Under the pieces are notes generated by a model, which was not told the origin of the DNA, did no database searches, and saw nothing but the letters and a program-made list of their open reading frames with translations. Of a stretch of 64,000 bases of DNA, positions 1 through 9,752 are shown piece by piece. A program made the position numbers and the translations under genes. The stretch comes from a virus. The DNA is taken from positions 24,666 to 88,665 of the IMG/VR virus record IMGVR_UViG_3300031369_000002. The stretch is one strand, 5' to 3'. The number at the start of each line of letters is the position of its first letter. The first letter of the stretch is position 1.

Positions 1-2841
1 ATTCTTATCAGCACATTTAGGACAAAAATCAACACTTAAAGATTTATCTAAAAAGTTTACAGGAATAGTTTTCCCGCACTCCACACAAGAAGGTCTAAAA
101 AAATCAGCCTGTATATCCTTAAAAGAAACAAAACTATCAACTCTTAAAATATTATGCTTATAAGCAGCACCAAACACCTTATTAAATAAAGCATTATATA
201 CTTCAAAAGGAGACGCTTTACCTTTAACAAATAATTTAAGCTTTACCTCTAATCCTTCTCTCACAGCCCATATATCACTAACAAAATCCTTAGCATTACA
301 TTCAATAACATTAAGCCCAGCCCTATAAACAACCTCTCTAATTTTCATAGTGATTTTTTCAGCCTTATGCCAATAATTAAGGGCATTAATAACAGACATT
401 TCGGTTTTATCCGTATCTATTTGATATAAAGAATATCCTTTTTGTTTCTTTAAACTTTCCATAGAAGAGGGTACTTTAATACCATCTAAAAGCTCAATAC
501 CAAAATGAGTTAATTCTTTATTCATCTCACTTATTAAGTTTATTAAATCTGTCTCATTTTTAATAAACTTTTCTAATAAACCAAATTCTACATAATCGAT
601 CCCATACAACCAATTTTTAAATTTAATATTATCAGACACAAACCTAATACTTCTTTTAGTAATAGGTATATCAGCTTTCCAAGCAGCTCGCCTAATTAAA
701 CATTTCCAGTAAACATTTTCTACATACTTATATTTTTCATGTATACAAATTTTTAATCTCACTTTTTCTCTTATAGTTGATTCATCCTTACGCTTTAAAG
801 AGGATAAATTTTTTAAACTAATATCTTTTTCTCTAGCCTTATAAGACTCCTGGACCTTTTTTGCTTCTACAGGACTACAAGCCCCACAAGTACTACAACC
901 ATGTAGACACTTTTTAACAAGAAAACCATTTTTATTAGGTCCTCTATGATCTTCTCCTAACTCTGTATTAAGCATAAAATCACAAGACTTTTTATACAAC
1001 CTATAAATATAATCTTTAGTTACTCCTATATCAATATGATCCCAACCAAAAATATAATCCCAAGGTTTTTCTTTAAAATAATACTCATAAGACACTCCAT
1101 ATTTCTGCAGGTTCTTTTCTAAAGTTTCTTTCATTTTACTATTTACGGCTCCTATATAAACAGCATCTAATTCATCATAAGAATCCACCAGAGCATAACC
1201 GCCAAGCCTATCACATAAATGAGCTACTTGAGTACTCCACAAATAATCCTCTTTTGTTTTTTTGCCTAGTGTAAATTCTATACCTAAATCTCTTAATTTT
1301 TGAAAAACACCAGTTAACATCTTTTCTCCTAAAGTAACCCTATGCCATTGAAAAGGAGTCCAGGATTCAATTAATAAAGGTGTAAAAGAAACCCTAACAC
1401 CTATAGCGGACCCCATAGAATTCTTTAAATCTACAATTTTTTTACACAACTCTAAAAAATCTTCTATATCTTTATCAGACTCAAAAGGCAAGTTAGCTAT
1501 CATATAAAGTTTTAATTTTTTATATCCACCTTTTATAACATTTTCACAAGCTTTTAATATAATTTCCTTAGTAGCCCCTTTATTTACAAAAGTCCTTAAT
1601 CTCTCTGAGCTTCCTTCTACTCCTACGGCCAATTGATTCATGCCACCCTCACCAGATATTAAAGAAAAATTAGCGTCCTCAGCCATACTATCAATCCTCT
1701 GAGACTGAGAATCAAAAGTATCAGACACTTCCTCTAAGATAGTCTTAGTTAATAAATTCTTTTGAGTATATCCAGTATACTCAAAAGCTGTTGGAAAAGC
1801 ATAAATAGAACCAGAATTTTTAATATTAGCTTTTAAAGCTTTAACCATATAAGAAATAGACCTTTCCCTATATGGCCTATATCGATACCCTACAGCACAA
1901 AAAGAACAATTACCAGCATTACAACCCCTAGCCAATTCAACCTCTCCTAAACCCATCTCAGGAAAAATCCAAGGTACTGGAGGAGCATCCACACAAGGCA
2001 CATTATTTAAATCCTTAACATGTCTTTTTTTAATCCTCTTAGGTATATCATCATATTTAGCCGCAAAACAATCTATTTTAAGCTCATTATTCACCTTTTT
2101 ATATTTAGGGTATAAAAACTTAGGCATATATAAGAAGTCGTATTCTTTAGCTAAAAAATGCAGTAATTCTTCACGTCCTTCTTTAGTATAATAAAAACTC
2201 TCAGCTTCCTTTTTAAAAGAGTTAATATCTTCTAATACAGCCATTAAACCAGGAGACCCTTTTTCATCCTCAGCCTCTCCAATAAACATAAAATCTACTA
2301 TAGGACTCCAAATCTCAGGACTCCCAAAAGTCGAACCTCCTGAAATAATCAAAGGATAATTTTCTTTCATTTCTTCTCTGTCTTTCCATCTTACAGGAAC
2401 ACCAGACATCTTTAATATTTTAACTACATTCGCTAAAAATGGAGGGAATCCCAAAGAAAAGCCTACCACATCAAACTCACCCATAGGCCTCTTAGACTCC
2501 AAACCAAACACAGGAATCCCCTCAAAATATCTTAATTCTTTATGACTAATAGGCATAAAAGACCTTTCAGCTTTAAAGGGTCTTATACCATCCGATCTCC
2601 TATACTCATTAATCAATTTATATAATAAAGGTCCTCCTTGATTACCAACAAAATCTCTATAGCCCCAAGGATTTGCTATTAAAAATTTTAACTCAGCAGC
2701 ATCCCATTCTTTATAAAATAAATCTTTTCCCCATTCTCCATAAGTATTACACTCACAACCTAAAAAAGCCTCAGGCATTTCCATTTTAGGCATAATTGAA
2801 GTTAAAAATTTTTCTATTTGTATTTTCGTCATTTCCACCAT
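1..2841 (-). CDS. Radical SAM protein, TIGR03960-like, fused to a TIGR03936/DUF2344-like domain and a C-terminal zinc ribbon (3' end runs off the window)
   Basis: Manual translation, not in the ORF track because there is no stop in the window. ATG at 2841 after AGGAGG; segments checked at the start, middle and end are in one frame. N-terminus IPVFGLESKRPMGEFDVVGFSLG...YPLIISGG...FIGEAED; ELARGCNAGNCSFCAVGYRYRPYRER (Cys motif 1897-1923); CLHGCSTCGAC (877-909); KVRLKICIHEKYKYVENVYWKCLIRRAAWKADIP; CVECG...CPKC at the edge. Confidence 0.85.
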   Translation of the reverse strand, partial: MVEMTKIQIEKFLTSIMPKMEMPEAFLGCECNTYGEWGKDLFYKEWDAAELKFLIANPWGYRDFVGNQGGPLLYKLINEYRRSDGIRPFKAERSFMPISHKELRYFEGIPVFGLESKRPMGEFDVVGFSLGFPPFLANVVKILKMSGVPVRWKDREEMKENYPLIISGGSTFGSPEIWSPIVDFMFIGEAEDEKGSPGLMAVLEDINSFKKEAESFYYTKEGREELLHFLAKEYDFLYMPKFLYPKYKKVNNELKIDCFAAKYDDIPKRIKKRHVKDLNNVPCVDAPPVPWIFPEMGLGEVELARGCNAGNCSFCAVGYRYRPYRERSISYMVKALKANIKNSGSIYAFPTAFEYTGYTQKNLLTKTILEEVSDTFDSQSQRIDSMAEDANFSLISGEGGMNQLAVGVEGSSERLRTFVNKGATKEIILKACENVIKGGYKKLKLYMIANLPFESDKDIEDFLELCKKIVDLKNSMGSAIGVRVSFTPLLIESWTPFQWHRVTLGEKMLTGVFQKLRDLGIEFTLGKKTKEDYLWSTQVAHLCDRLGGYALVDSYDELDAVYIGAVNSKMKETLEKNLQKYGVSYEYYFKEKPWDYIFGWDHIDIGVTKDYIYRLYKKSCDFMLNTELGEDHRGPNKNGFLVKKCLHGCSTCGACSPVEAKKVQESYKAREKDISLKNLSSLKRKDESTIREKVRLKICIHEKYKYVENVYWKCLIRRAAWKADIPITKRSIRFVSDNIKFKNWLYGIDYVEFGLLEKFIKNETDLINLISEMNKELTHFGIELLDGIKVPSSMESLKKQKGYSLYQIDTDKTEMSVINALNYWHKAEKITMKIREVVYRAGLNVIECNAKDFVSDIWAVREGLEVKLKLFVKGKASPFEVYNALFNKVFGAAYKHNILRVDSFVSFKDIQADFFRPSCVECGKTIPVNFLDKSLSVDFCPKCADKN

Positions 2842-2865
2842 AAATAATATAACCTCCTACAAAGT

Positions 2866-2962
2866 AAAAGCCCCTGATAAATAGATTGGTAATATCAGAG
2901 GCTTTTTATTAAATTATGACTATCTCTTTCTTTATTGTAACGTAAAATCAGTTAAAAATCAA
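2866..2962 (-). promoter_or_regulatory. sigmaA-like promoter plus terminator-like hairpin in the radical SAM gene leader
   Basis: TTGATT(2957-2962)-17-TACAAT(2934-2939); hairpin AAAAGCCUCUGAUA...UAUCAGGGGCUUUU (2866-2907) with a G-U pair on the minus strand. Confidence 0.6.
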
Positions 2963-3338
2963 TCTCCTTTTTCCAACAAGGTAAAGCAGACACATGGGCA
3001 TCCCACGCCACTCCAAAACATAAATTTTCTTTTAAACATGTTACGGTATAGTCAATCTTACCACTTAAAATTGAATGTGCTTTACTAAAATCCTTAGCAT
3101 ATTTACAATACCAGCATTTAAACATTTTAGGATTTGCATCAGTATAACTTTTATTATTCATAGCAATCTTATGGGCTTTATTCAACCTAGAAGAATACTC
3201 TAAAATGTCTTTCTTATTAATATCCTCAGAAGATTTAATATTAACTATCTTTCTCTTATCATAGAGCTTACACCAATCAATATACTCTAATAATGTAAGC
3301 CCTCTTTCAATATCTTTTTCCTTTAATAAGTTAATCAT
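2952..3338 (-). CDS. hypothetical protein with Cys motifs
   Basis: ORF with CWYC motif, translationally coupled to the upstream gene. Confidence 0.7.
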   Translation of the reverse strand: MINLLKEKDIERGLTLLEYIDWCKLYDKRKIVNIKSSEDINKKDILEYSSRLNKAHKIAMNNKSYTDANPKMFKCWYCKYAKDFSKAHSILSGKIDYTVTCLKENLCFGVAWDAHVSALPCWKKEIDF

Positions 3339-3727
3339 GATAAAACCTTCAACTTAGTATAATCATAATTTAATATATTACAAAATTCTTTTAATGAGGA
3401 ATCTGATAACCTATGAGTACCAGCCTCCACCTTAGCATAAGTACTAAGAGACATACCCAAAGCTTTAGCAATCTCTCTTTGTGTCCATCCTCGCCATACT
3501 CTTATCTTACGTATTGTACTAAAACTTTTCTCGCTCACTATACTCAACCTCTTATAAGGTTTATATACTTTTTTAGTCTTTCTTTTTTCATAAGCATCCG
3601 TAGCCCATTCTAAAAAAACGTCAACCACTTCATCCATATTTAAAGGGTTTTCCTCAGCAACCTTTTTTAATTTTTCTAAAGTGGAATTTTTTATTAAAAA
3701 TCTACAAGTACTACGCAAAACTTTCAC
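3335..3727 (-). CDS. XRE-family HTH transcriptional regulator with possible N-terminal RHH-like domain
   Basis: IRKIRVWRGWTQREIAKALGMSLSTYAKVEAG HTH_3 pattern. Confidence 0.85.
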   Translation of the reverse strand: MKVLRSTCRFLIKNSTLEKLKKVAEENPLNMDEVVDVFLEWATDAYEKRKTKKVYKPYKRLSIVSEKSFSTIRKIRVWRGWTQREIAKALGMSLSTYAKVEAGTHRLSDSSLKEFCNILNYDYTKLKVLS

Positions 3728-3745
3728 TCCTTTCTATTATCCCAT

Positions 3746-3940
3746 TTAGGACATATAAATTTTTACTACTTTTATAGTCAGTCTATACATATAAAGCCAA
3801 ATAAAGAAAATACCTAAAAGCAACCAACTTTTACAGGTATAATCTCTTTCATATATAATAAATATCATATGAGTCCCAGCTATTAAAAGAACAAACAAAC
3901 TATAAACCATTCCAATTAAAGTCCAGACCAAATTAAACAC
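3746..3940 (-). CDS. small membrane protein
   Basis: Two hydrophobic segments; RBS and class II promoter upstream. Confidence 0.6.
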   Translation of the reverse strand: MFNLVWTLIGMVYSLFVLLIAGTHMIFIIYERDYTCKSWLLLGIFFIWLYMYRLTIKVVKIYMS

Positions 3941-3989
3941 CTCCTAAAATTATACCTACAAAAAACCAAAAAAGCATGTACACATAAAA

Positions 3990-4083
3990 ATAAAATAAGC
4001 CCCTGAAAAAGGAGCTTACTTCTTAAAAGGCATAATATGTAGTAAATTACTTATATTATATCAGCCTCAGAGATTACAATCAA
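3990..4083 (-). ncRNA. candidate sRNA unit (~55 nt) with its own promoter and terminator
   Basis: TTGATT(4078-4083)-17-TATAAT(4055-4060); terminator 3996-4018 plus U-rich tail; no ORF; a new promoter follows at 3950-3980. Confidence 0.5.
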
Positions 4084-4278
4084 ATCTAAAATTTTAATTT
4101 GATTAAAAGACTTCAAGCATAAATTATCATCATAGGCATTTAACAAATACTCGGCCTTTTTCTCTAACCCATTATAATTAATTATGGTCTCGATCTCTTT
4201 ACTGGGTAACTGGACCGCAGTTACAATCATTTTTTTATTAGGTTTCTTTAATTTACTCTCATAAGAAGCTCTATTCAT
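4051..4278 (-). CDS. hypothetical phage protein
   Basis: ORF with RBS AGGAGG. Confidence 0.7.
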   Translation of the reverse strand: MNRASYESKLKKPNKKMIVTAVQLPSKEIETIINYNGLEKKAEYLLNAYDDNLCLKSFNQIKILDLIVISEADII

Positions 4279-4292
4279 TTCTTAGCTTCCTC

Positions 4293-5276
4293 CTAAAATA
4301 AAGCATATGTATTCGCCAAATCAATGATCACACTATTATTATCCCTTACAATAGCGGACTCATTTAATAAAAATAATTTCTTTATCCATTCAATAGACTG
4401 CTCAAAGTATTTAATATCTTTCTCTATACCTATAAAAAATCTCTTAGTATTTGCACAAGCTATTCCAGTACCGCCCGACCCAAAACAAAAATCTAAAACA
4501 GTATCACCCTCATTACTAAAAGTTGTTATTATATCCTCCAATAATCTTATAGGCTTTTGCGTAGGATGTACTTTAGCATAATCCTTTTTATAATAAAACA
4601 CACTGCCTTTAAAATTACCTTTGATATTAAAAGTTTTATTATGTCTTGCAAATCTATCACATACTTTAGCATAAGGCCAAAAGTTAGGAGCTTTATCAAT
4701 ATGGAATACATTAATAAGCTCCTGATATATATCCTCAGAACATAATTCAAATTGTAGAGTATCCCACCTTAAAAAGTGTTCTGCTTTTCTATGTCCTAAG
4801 ATATGATTTATTTTAGTCCTATTAACATTTATATAAGACATTAAGTATTTTACATACAATCTAACAGGGTTATTATGGTTGCTATCATATTTCTTACAAA
4901 AAATACTTATGTCCTCATGATATTTAACCAAAGCTTTTTTAGCTATTAAATTATTTGCAAAATGATCCTTAACCCATACAGCATCATATAAAAAGAACAA
5001 ATTTTCATGTTTATAACTTCTTAATTGTGAAGTATAAGGCTCCTGGGAAAACACTATTAAATAACCCTTAACTCTCAGCAACTTATTACAATGATTAAAA
5101 AATTTGTCCATGTCTAACCTATCATCCCAGGACGTATCCTGATTAGAATAACCTTTTAATTCAATATCTTTAATCGTTCCATAAGGAGGGTCCACCAAAA
5201 TTAAATCTAGCTCCTTATGGATTTTAGTCATCTCTTCAAAACAATCACCATTATATAAAAGCATAATTCCTCCCAT
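4293..5276 (-). CDS. DNA N6-adenine/N4-cytosine methyltransferase (beta class)
   Basis: DPPY catalytic motif, HPTQKP, VLDFCFGSGGTG SAM-binding motif, FIGIEKD. Confidence 0.92.
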   Translation of the reverse strand: MGGIMLLYNGDCFEEMTKIHKELDLILVDPPYGTIKDIELKGYSNQDTSWDDRLDMDKFFNHCNKLLRVKGYLIVFSQEPYTSQLRSYKHENLFFLYDAVWVKDHFANNLIAKKALVKYHEDISIFCKKYDSNHNNPVRLYVKYLMSYINVNRTKINHILGHRKAEHFLRWDTLQFELCSEDIYQELINVFHIDKAPNFWPYAKVCDRFARHNKTFNIKGNFKGSVFYYKKDYAKVHPTQKPIRLLEDIITTFSNEGDTVLDFCFGSGGTGIACANTKRFFIGIEKDIKYFEQSIEWIKKLFLLNESAIVRDNNSVIIDLANTYALF

Positions 5277-5280
5277 AAAT

Positions 5281-5493
5281 TAAAGCCCTTTAAAAAAATA
5301 AAGAGCTTTAAACAAATATATTAAACTACACAGCAACAATAATAATAAATAACTTCTATATTGAGTATAGCATAAGGCTATACAAATGTAAACATTAAAA
5401 TAAGCCCCATACAGAGCTTATTTTAAAGTCAATAACAGTTCCATTATGAAAAAACTATACAACTATTATAAAATACCATTTTACTTTAGTCAA
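5281..5493 (-). promoter_or_regulatory. Two tandem sigmaA promoter-hairpin units; the upstream one is a candidate ~60 nt sRNA
   Basis: TTGACT(5488-93)-17-TATAAT(5465-70) then terminator 5395-5426; TTTACA(5387-92)-17-TATACT(5364-69) then hairpin 5281-5310 before the MTase RBS. Confidence 0.6.
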
Positions 5494-5651
5494 TTATTTC
5501 TCATCTTCCAAACTATTAACCATAGCCTCATGTTCTACCACAACTTTTTTAATCCTGCTTATTAACCAAACACCTACTACATAACATACAACAAAGATTA
5601 AATAAGCAAACATCAACACATAAATTCCAGCTAACCTACTCATAATTTCAC

Positions 5652-5873
5652 CTACCCTGTAATCTCAGGAGTTATAATTGTAGGTAAAGTAACATCAGGA
5701 GTTATAGTCGGTGTTGGCGTAGGAGTATGAGAAATAGGCGTATAAGATTTAAAAGTCCTACGTATATTTGCCTTTTCAAGCTCCTTTTTATTACCATTTT
5801 CATTGTTGGAAGCCAACAATAAACCAACGATACAAAATCCTAAAACAATCAAAACTAAAACTACTTTTTTCAA
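5652..5873 (-). CDS. small secreted/membrane-anchored protein with Pro/Thr-rich tail
   Basis: N-terminal hydrophobic helix; TPTPTPTITP. Confidence 0.65.
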   Translation of the reverse strand: MKKVVLVLIVLGFCIVGLLLASNNENGNKKELEKANIRRTFKSYTPISHTPTPTPTITPDVTLPTIITPEITG

Positions 5874-6165
5874 AAGAATCCCCCTCCTTTCTTACTTTTT
5901 AATAACCAACTTTTCCCAATTACGACACTTACTATTCTTGGGATTTGCACAGACCCATCTAGTCCATTTATTAGTATCTTCTATACAAGTGGCTTTATCG
6001 CCACACTCTGCACAATACATAATCTTAATCCTCCCTTTCTTAGCTTCCTTTTATAGAAGCTCTAACAACTTTAGTAATCATAGGGAACCATACTACACTA
6101 GTACTCCCTAATAACAAACATGCACTAATTATAACAGTTTTCAATAAAATTCCTCCTCTCCTAAG

Positions 6166-6831
6166 TTAATCGAAAAAATCACTAGTCTTATCAAAAAGGT
6201 CATAAGCATTATACTTATCTCTGAGAGCATCGAATTTTTTCTCTCTATCTTTTAATCTATTAATTAAATCTTTAACTGTAAACCCACAATCTCGTAGTCT
6301 CATCATACTAAAGTCATCCTCCAAAAGAGCAATAAGAGACTCTTTTGCATTTTGTAACAAATCCCTATAAATTTCTATCTCAGCCTCTAGACAATTGTAC
6401 ACATAATCATATACAATCTTACACAAATCTGACAAACTGAGTTGAAATACAAGAACCTCGGCCCCACTATCAAAAGCCTCAAAAACAAAATCCTCTTCTT
6501 GTATAAAGCACTCTATAGGAAACCTTATTTTATAATTATCAGGTTTAAAAGAATCCTGATAAAAATATTTTACTTTGCGTAAATAATCCAAGCATTTATT
6601 TTCTAATAAAGAATACTCTATCTCTATCTTTTTTATAATGCCATCCTCATCATAAACATTATCTATTTTCACATTCTCAGCATCACAAATCCAAGTTATT
6701 TTTGGAGTCTTTTGTAACTGTCCAAACTCAGTTATTCCTAGACGTTCCAAATCCTCGACTTTTAAATCTTCCACTATAAAATCAAAACTTAATTCTACTA
6801 CCATAATTATGCCTCCTAATAAATTATACAC
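6166..6831 (-). CDS. hypothetical acidic protein
   Basis: Long ORF; probable start at the MVVEL ATG after AGGAGG. Confidence 0.75.
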   Translation of the reverse strand: MYNLLGGIIMVVELSFDFIVEDLKVEDLERLGITEFGQLQKTPKITWICDAENVKIDNVYDEDGIIKKIEIEYSLLENKCLDYLRKVKYFYQDSFKPDNYKIRFPIECFIQEEDFVFEAFDSGAEVLVFQLSLSDLCKIVYDYVYNCLEAEIEIYRDLLQNAKESLIALLEDDFSMMRLRDCGFTVKDLINRLKDREKKFDALRDKYNAYDLFDKTSDFFD

Positions 6832-7314
6832 TCATCCAAAAACAGCCTCTTCATAATCTTTTAAAGCTTTTATATACACCTCTCCCATATAGGTGTATTC
6901 AATTTTTTTATCATACACATTAGCTTTAAAATATCCCACAAAAGCATCTTTTAGCTCTGGCTTAATATATTTCTCAAAAGCTTTATTAGCTACTTTAAGA
7001 TATGCACCGTAGCTATTAAAATTTTTAAACATTAAATGCCTATACTTATCATAAAACTCCCTTTTAAATACAATAGAAGAATAGTCTAGAAAAACCTCCT
7101 CAATATAAATAGTACTATTAAAGTCTTTTGCTAACTCAAATAATCTAGTTTTACTTAAATCCTCAGAATTAGCACAAATATCAATCTCAGAACTAAGACA
7201 AATATCAAGTACAGGATATTTATCTTTAAACTCCTTTCTTAGTTCAGTTAAATTAACCACCTTTAATTGTTTTCTCTTAGCTTCCTCTATAAAATCTTTT
7301 ATTTCCTTAACCAT
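6832..7314 (-). CDS. hypothetical protein
   Basis: ORF with RBS AGGAGG. Confidence 0.75.
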   Translation of the reverse strand: MVKEIKDFIEEAKRKQLKVVNLTELRKEFKDKYPVLDICLSSEIDICANSEDLSKTRLFELAKDFNSTIYIEEVFLDYSSIVFKREFYDKYRHLMFKNFNSYGAYLKVANKAFEKYIKPELKDAFVGYFKANVYDKKIEYTYMGEVYIKALKDYEEAVFG

Positions 7315-7754
7315 AAATACCTCCTAATAAACTATACTCTCATACCACATAACTTTGCCACATCTAGAGCATTTATGTTCGTATAATAGAATACCTGAGA
7401 AGTCCTCAGTTTTTCCCGTATACTCAAAATACCCTATGCAATGAAACCTATCACATTTTACTGCCATACTAAAATCCTTTCTTATAATATTATACAGCCT
7501 CATATTTAAAAAGACTGTACTTAAATTTATTTTAAAACAAAGCGGGGAAATATTCCCTACTCTATTATAAATTTTCCCCAGTTGTTAACCACTGACTCAT
7601 ACAGTTCATTACAACTATCAAACTTATTCATGTCTATCATATAGTTATCAAGTTCCCATTGAGAGAACTCAATTCCTCTGTCCATCAACCTACTTGCAAT
7701 TATTTTTTTAGCTATAACACTTAACATCTTAACGTCCTCCTCAAAATTTATTAT

Positions 7755-7800
7755 TTATCTTATGTTCTTATTATATAATAATCCTTTACATGTGTCAAGC
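7755..7800 (-). promoter_or_regulatory. Class I (early) sigmaA promoter with palindromic -35 and CATAAGATAAA start motif
   Basis: TTGACA(7793-98)-17-TATAAT(7770-75). Confidence 0.85.
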
Positions 7801-7816
7801 ATAAAGCTAAAAATTT

Positions 7817-8059
7817 TTAACTTAAATTTCTTATAAAATGCAGTATACCCAAGGACTCCAAATCATTTAAAAATCCCTCTGCATTAACTCTTATTTTTAT
7901 GCCTTTTAAAATATTAACTCGATCTCGGACCTGACACATATATATCAAGTCCGACTTATCATTACAATAAGCTGCCTTTTTCATTTCCTGGACCACTTCA
8001 AGACAAGTATCCCCAGAAAATATGTTTTTATCATCTCTATATTTTAACATTCTATTCAC
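7817..8059 (-). CDS. hypothetical protein downstream of amidoligase
   Basis: ORF with RBS AGGAGG. Confidence 0.7.
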   Translation of the reverse strand: MNRMLKYRDDKNIFSGDTCLEVVQEMKKAAYCNDKSDLIYMCQVRDRVNILKGIKIRVNAEGFLNDLESLGILHFIRNLS

Positions 8060-8077
8060 CTCCTGACACTATTAGCC

Positions 8078-8920
8078 CTAAGAGGCTAATAATGCTTTTC
8101 TTCCAGTATAGAATTTCACTACACTGGCTTCAACCTCTGCGGTATACATCAAAGACTCAAACCATTTATTTTGATTTGGTCTTTTAGCTACGACTTTTTT
8201 AGCCCTGGCCCCTCTTTCTACTAAACCCTGAGTTAATAATAACCAGTTTAAGATTTTTTCAAACTCTACAGTACCACTATGATGACGAAACTCAATAGTG
8301 CCGTAAACAGCATAACTGTTTACATTTAATTTTCTATATCTAGCTCTATAAGTGTCTGTGAATACTTCAAGCAAGTCACTGACTGTACTTTTAGAGTCGA
8401 TCAAATCAAATTTAGCTTTTAAATTCATACCTGATAAAGTTCCAACATCTGAGAAGTTTAAGCAATACATATTAGCATTGCCTTTTCTTGAGAGAGGCAT
8501 AAAATTATCAATTTCATCCTCAAACTTTAAATAGGCCTTAGTTAGCGTTTTCCAGCTATCCAAGGTATAATCAATAATTTCATGATGGATATGCAAGCCA
8601 CAAGACTTGTTAACAGTGGCTCCTATGGTATCTAATACAGCACATACAGCCTTTAACTGATTAACACCATCTTTACCAGATAACGGCGGCGATACTAACT
8701 CATAACCTTTAAAATTAACTGTTTTAATTGATTCCTCAGGCTTTATGGAACAGTCAGTAACAACTTTCCAACAGTTATTTAATACTTCATGAGTATAACC
8801 AGCATACACACAAGGTATACCTTCACTCATTAAAACATCTGCTATAGCTCTACCAGTATACTGCTGAGGTACCAACATTTCTATTTCAATCCCAAACTTT
8901 CTACCAGTTAATTTTTTCAT
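8078..8920 (-). CDS. putative amidoligase (COOH-NH2 ligase, Amidoligase_2-like)
   Basis: FGIEIE, WKVVTDCSI, ELVSPPL, NKSCGLHIH, RYRKLN, GTIEFRHHSGT motifs. Confidence 0.9.
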   Translation of the reverse strand: MKKLTGRKFGIEIEMLVPQQYTGRAIADVLMSEGIPCVYAGYTHEVLNNCWKVVTDCSIKPEESIKTVNFKGYELVSPPLSGKDGVNQLKAVCAVLDTIGATVNKSCGLHIHHEIIDYTLDSWKTLTKAYLKFEDEIDNFMPLSRKGNANMYCLNFSDVGTLSGMNLKAKFDLIDSKSTVSDLLEVFTDTYRARYRKLNVNSYAVYGTIEFRHHSGTVEFEKILNWLLLTQGLVERGARAKKVVAKRPNQNKWFESLMYTAEVEASVVKFYTGRKALLAS

Positions 8921-8949
8921 TTTTAAAATCCCCCTTAAATTTGTTATGA

Positions 8950-8996
8950 TTTATCTTATGTTTACATTATATAATAAACCTTTACACATGTCAAGG
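8950..8996 (-). promoter_or_regulatory. Class I promoter
   Basis: TTGACA tgtgtaaaggtttatta TATAAT gtaaaCATAAGATAAA. Confidence 0.9.
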
Positions 8997-9039
8997 AGGA
9001 TTTTAAAATTTTTATGTTAATATTTAATTTTTTTATTTT

Positions 9040-9681
9040 CTACAGAGAATCAATATACCTTCTTTCCCTATGAAAGATAGGCCATAAATCCTTCTCAGCT
9101 TCCTTTATAGTATTACCAAAAGAGTAATAGTTGCAATCAGCTAAATAATCCCATACTGACATTTTCTGAGTTCTTTCCACATCAGCCACCTTTTCAGTAG
9201 CAATAAACTCAAAATTAGGACTGATAAAGCTCACATATGGGATATGTGACCCTATTTCCTCCAAATCATTATAAAACTCATTAAATGAATTAACAAACCC
9301 GCTGGACATATAGCTGCAGACCTCTCCTAATGTCAAAGGTAAAGCCTTATAATTCTTATCATAGATGACATTTAAACCATCTATAAAATAACCCTCATAA
9401 AAGGTCTTTTTTAACTTATACACTTCATTATTAAGCTTTTTTCTACTTGGCATAACATCTAATAAATCCTGGGCCTGCAAACCCAAGTGATAATTTTCTA
9501 CTGAATATTTAAACGTATATTTATTAACTTTAGACACCATAGTAAGTTCCTCCTTAGTATTATCAGCACTATCCACACACTCCATTTCTTGCTCAGAGTC
9601 CACTCTATCATTATACTCACAATAACCGTTTACATTATACACACACGCACCATAAGCGTCACAAGGTACATAATCACACAT
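9040..9681 (-). CDS. hypothetical early protein (Cys-rich N-terminus)
   Basis: ORF directly after a class I promoter. Confidence 0.7.
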   Translation of the reverse strand: MCDYVPCDAYGACVYNVNGYCEYNDRVDSEQEMECVDSADNTKEELTMVSKVNKYTFKYSVENYHLGLQAQDLLDVMPSRKKLNNEVYKLKKTFYEGYFIDGLNVIYDKNYKALPLTLGEVCSYMSSGFVNSFNEFYNDLEEIGSHIPYVSFISPNFEFIATEKVADVERTQKMSVWDYLADCNYYSFGNTIKEAEKDLWPIFHRERRYIDSL

Positions 9682-9705
9682 AATTGTCTCCTCCTAAAAA
9701 TATAA

Positions 9706-9752
9706 TTTATCTTATGATTTAATTATATACCTATGCTTTACACATGTCAAGG
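9706..9752 (-). promoter_or_regulatory. Class I promoter
   Basis: TTGACA(9745-50)-17-TATAAT(9722-27), then CATAAGATAAA. Confidence 0.85.
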
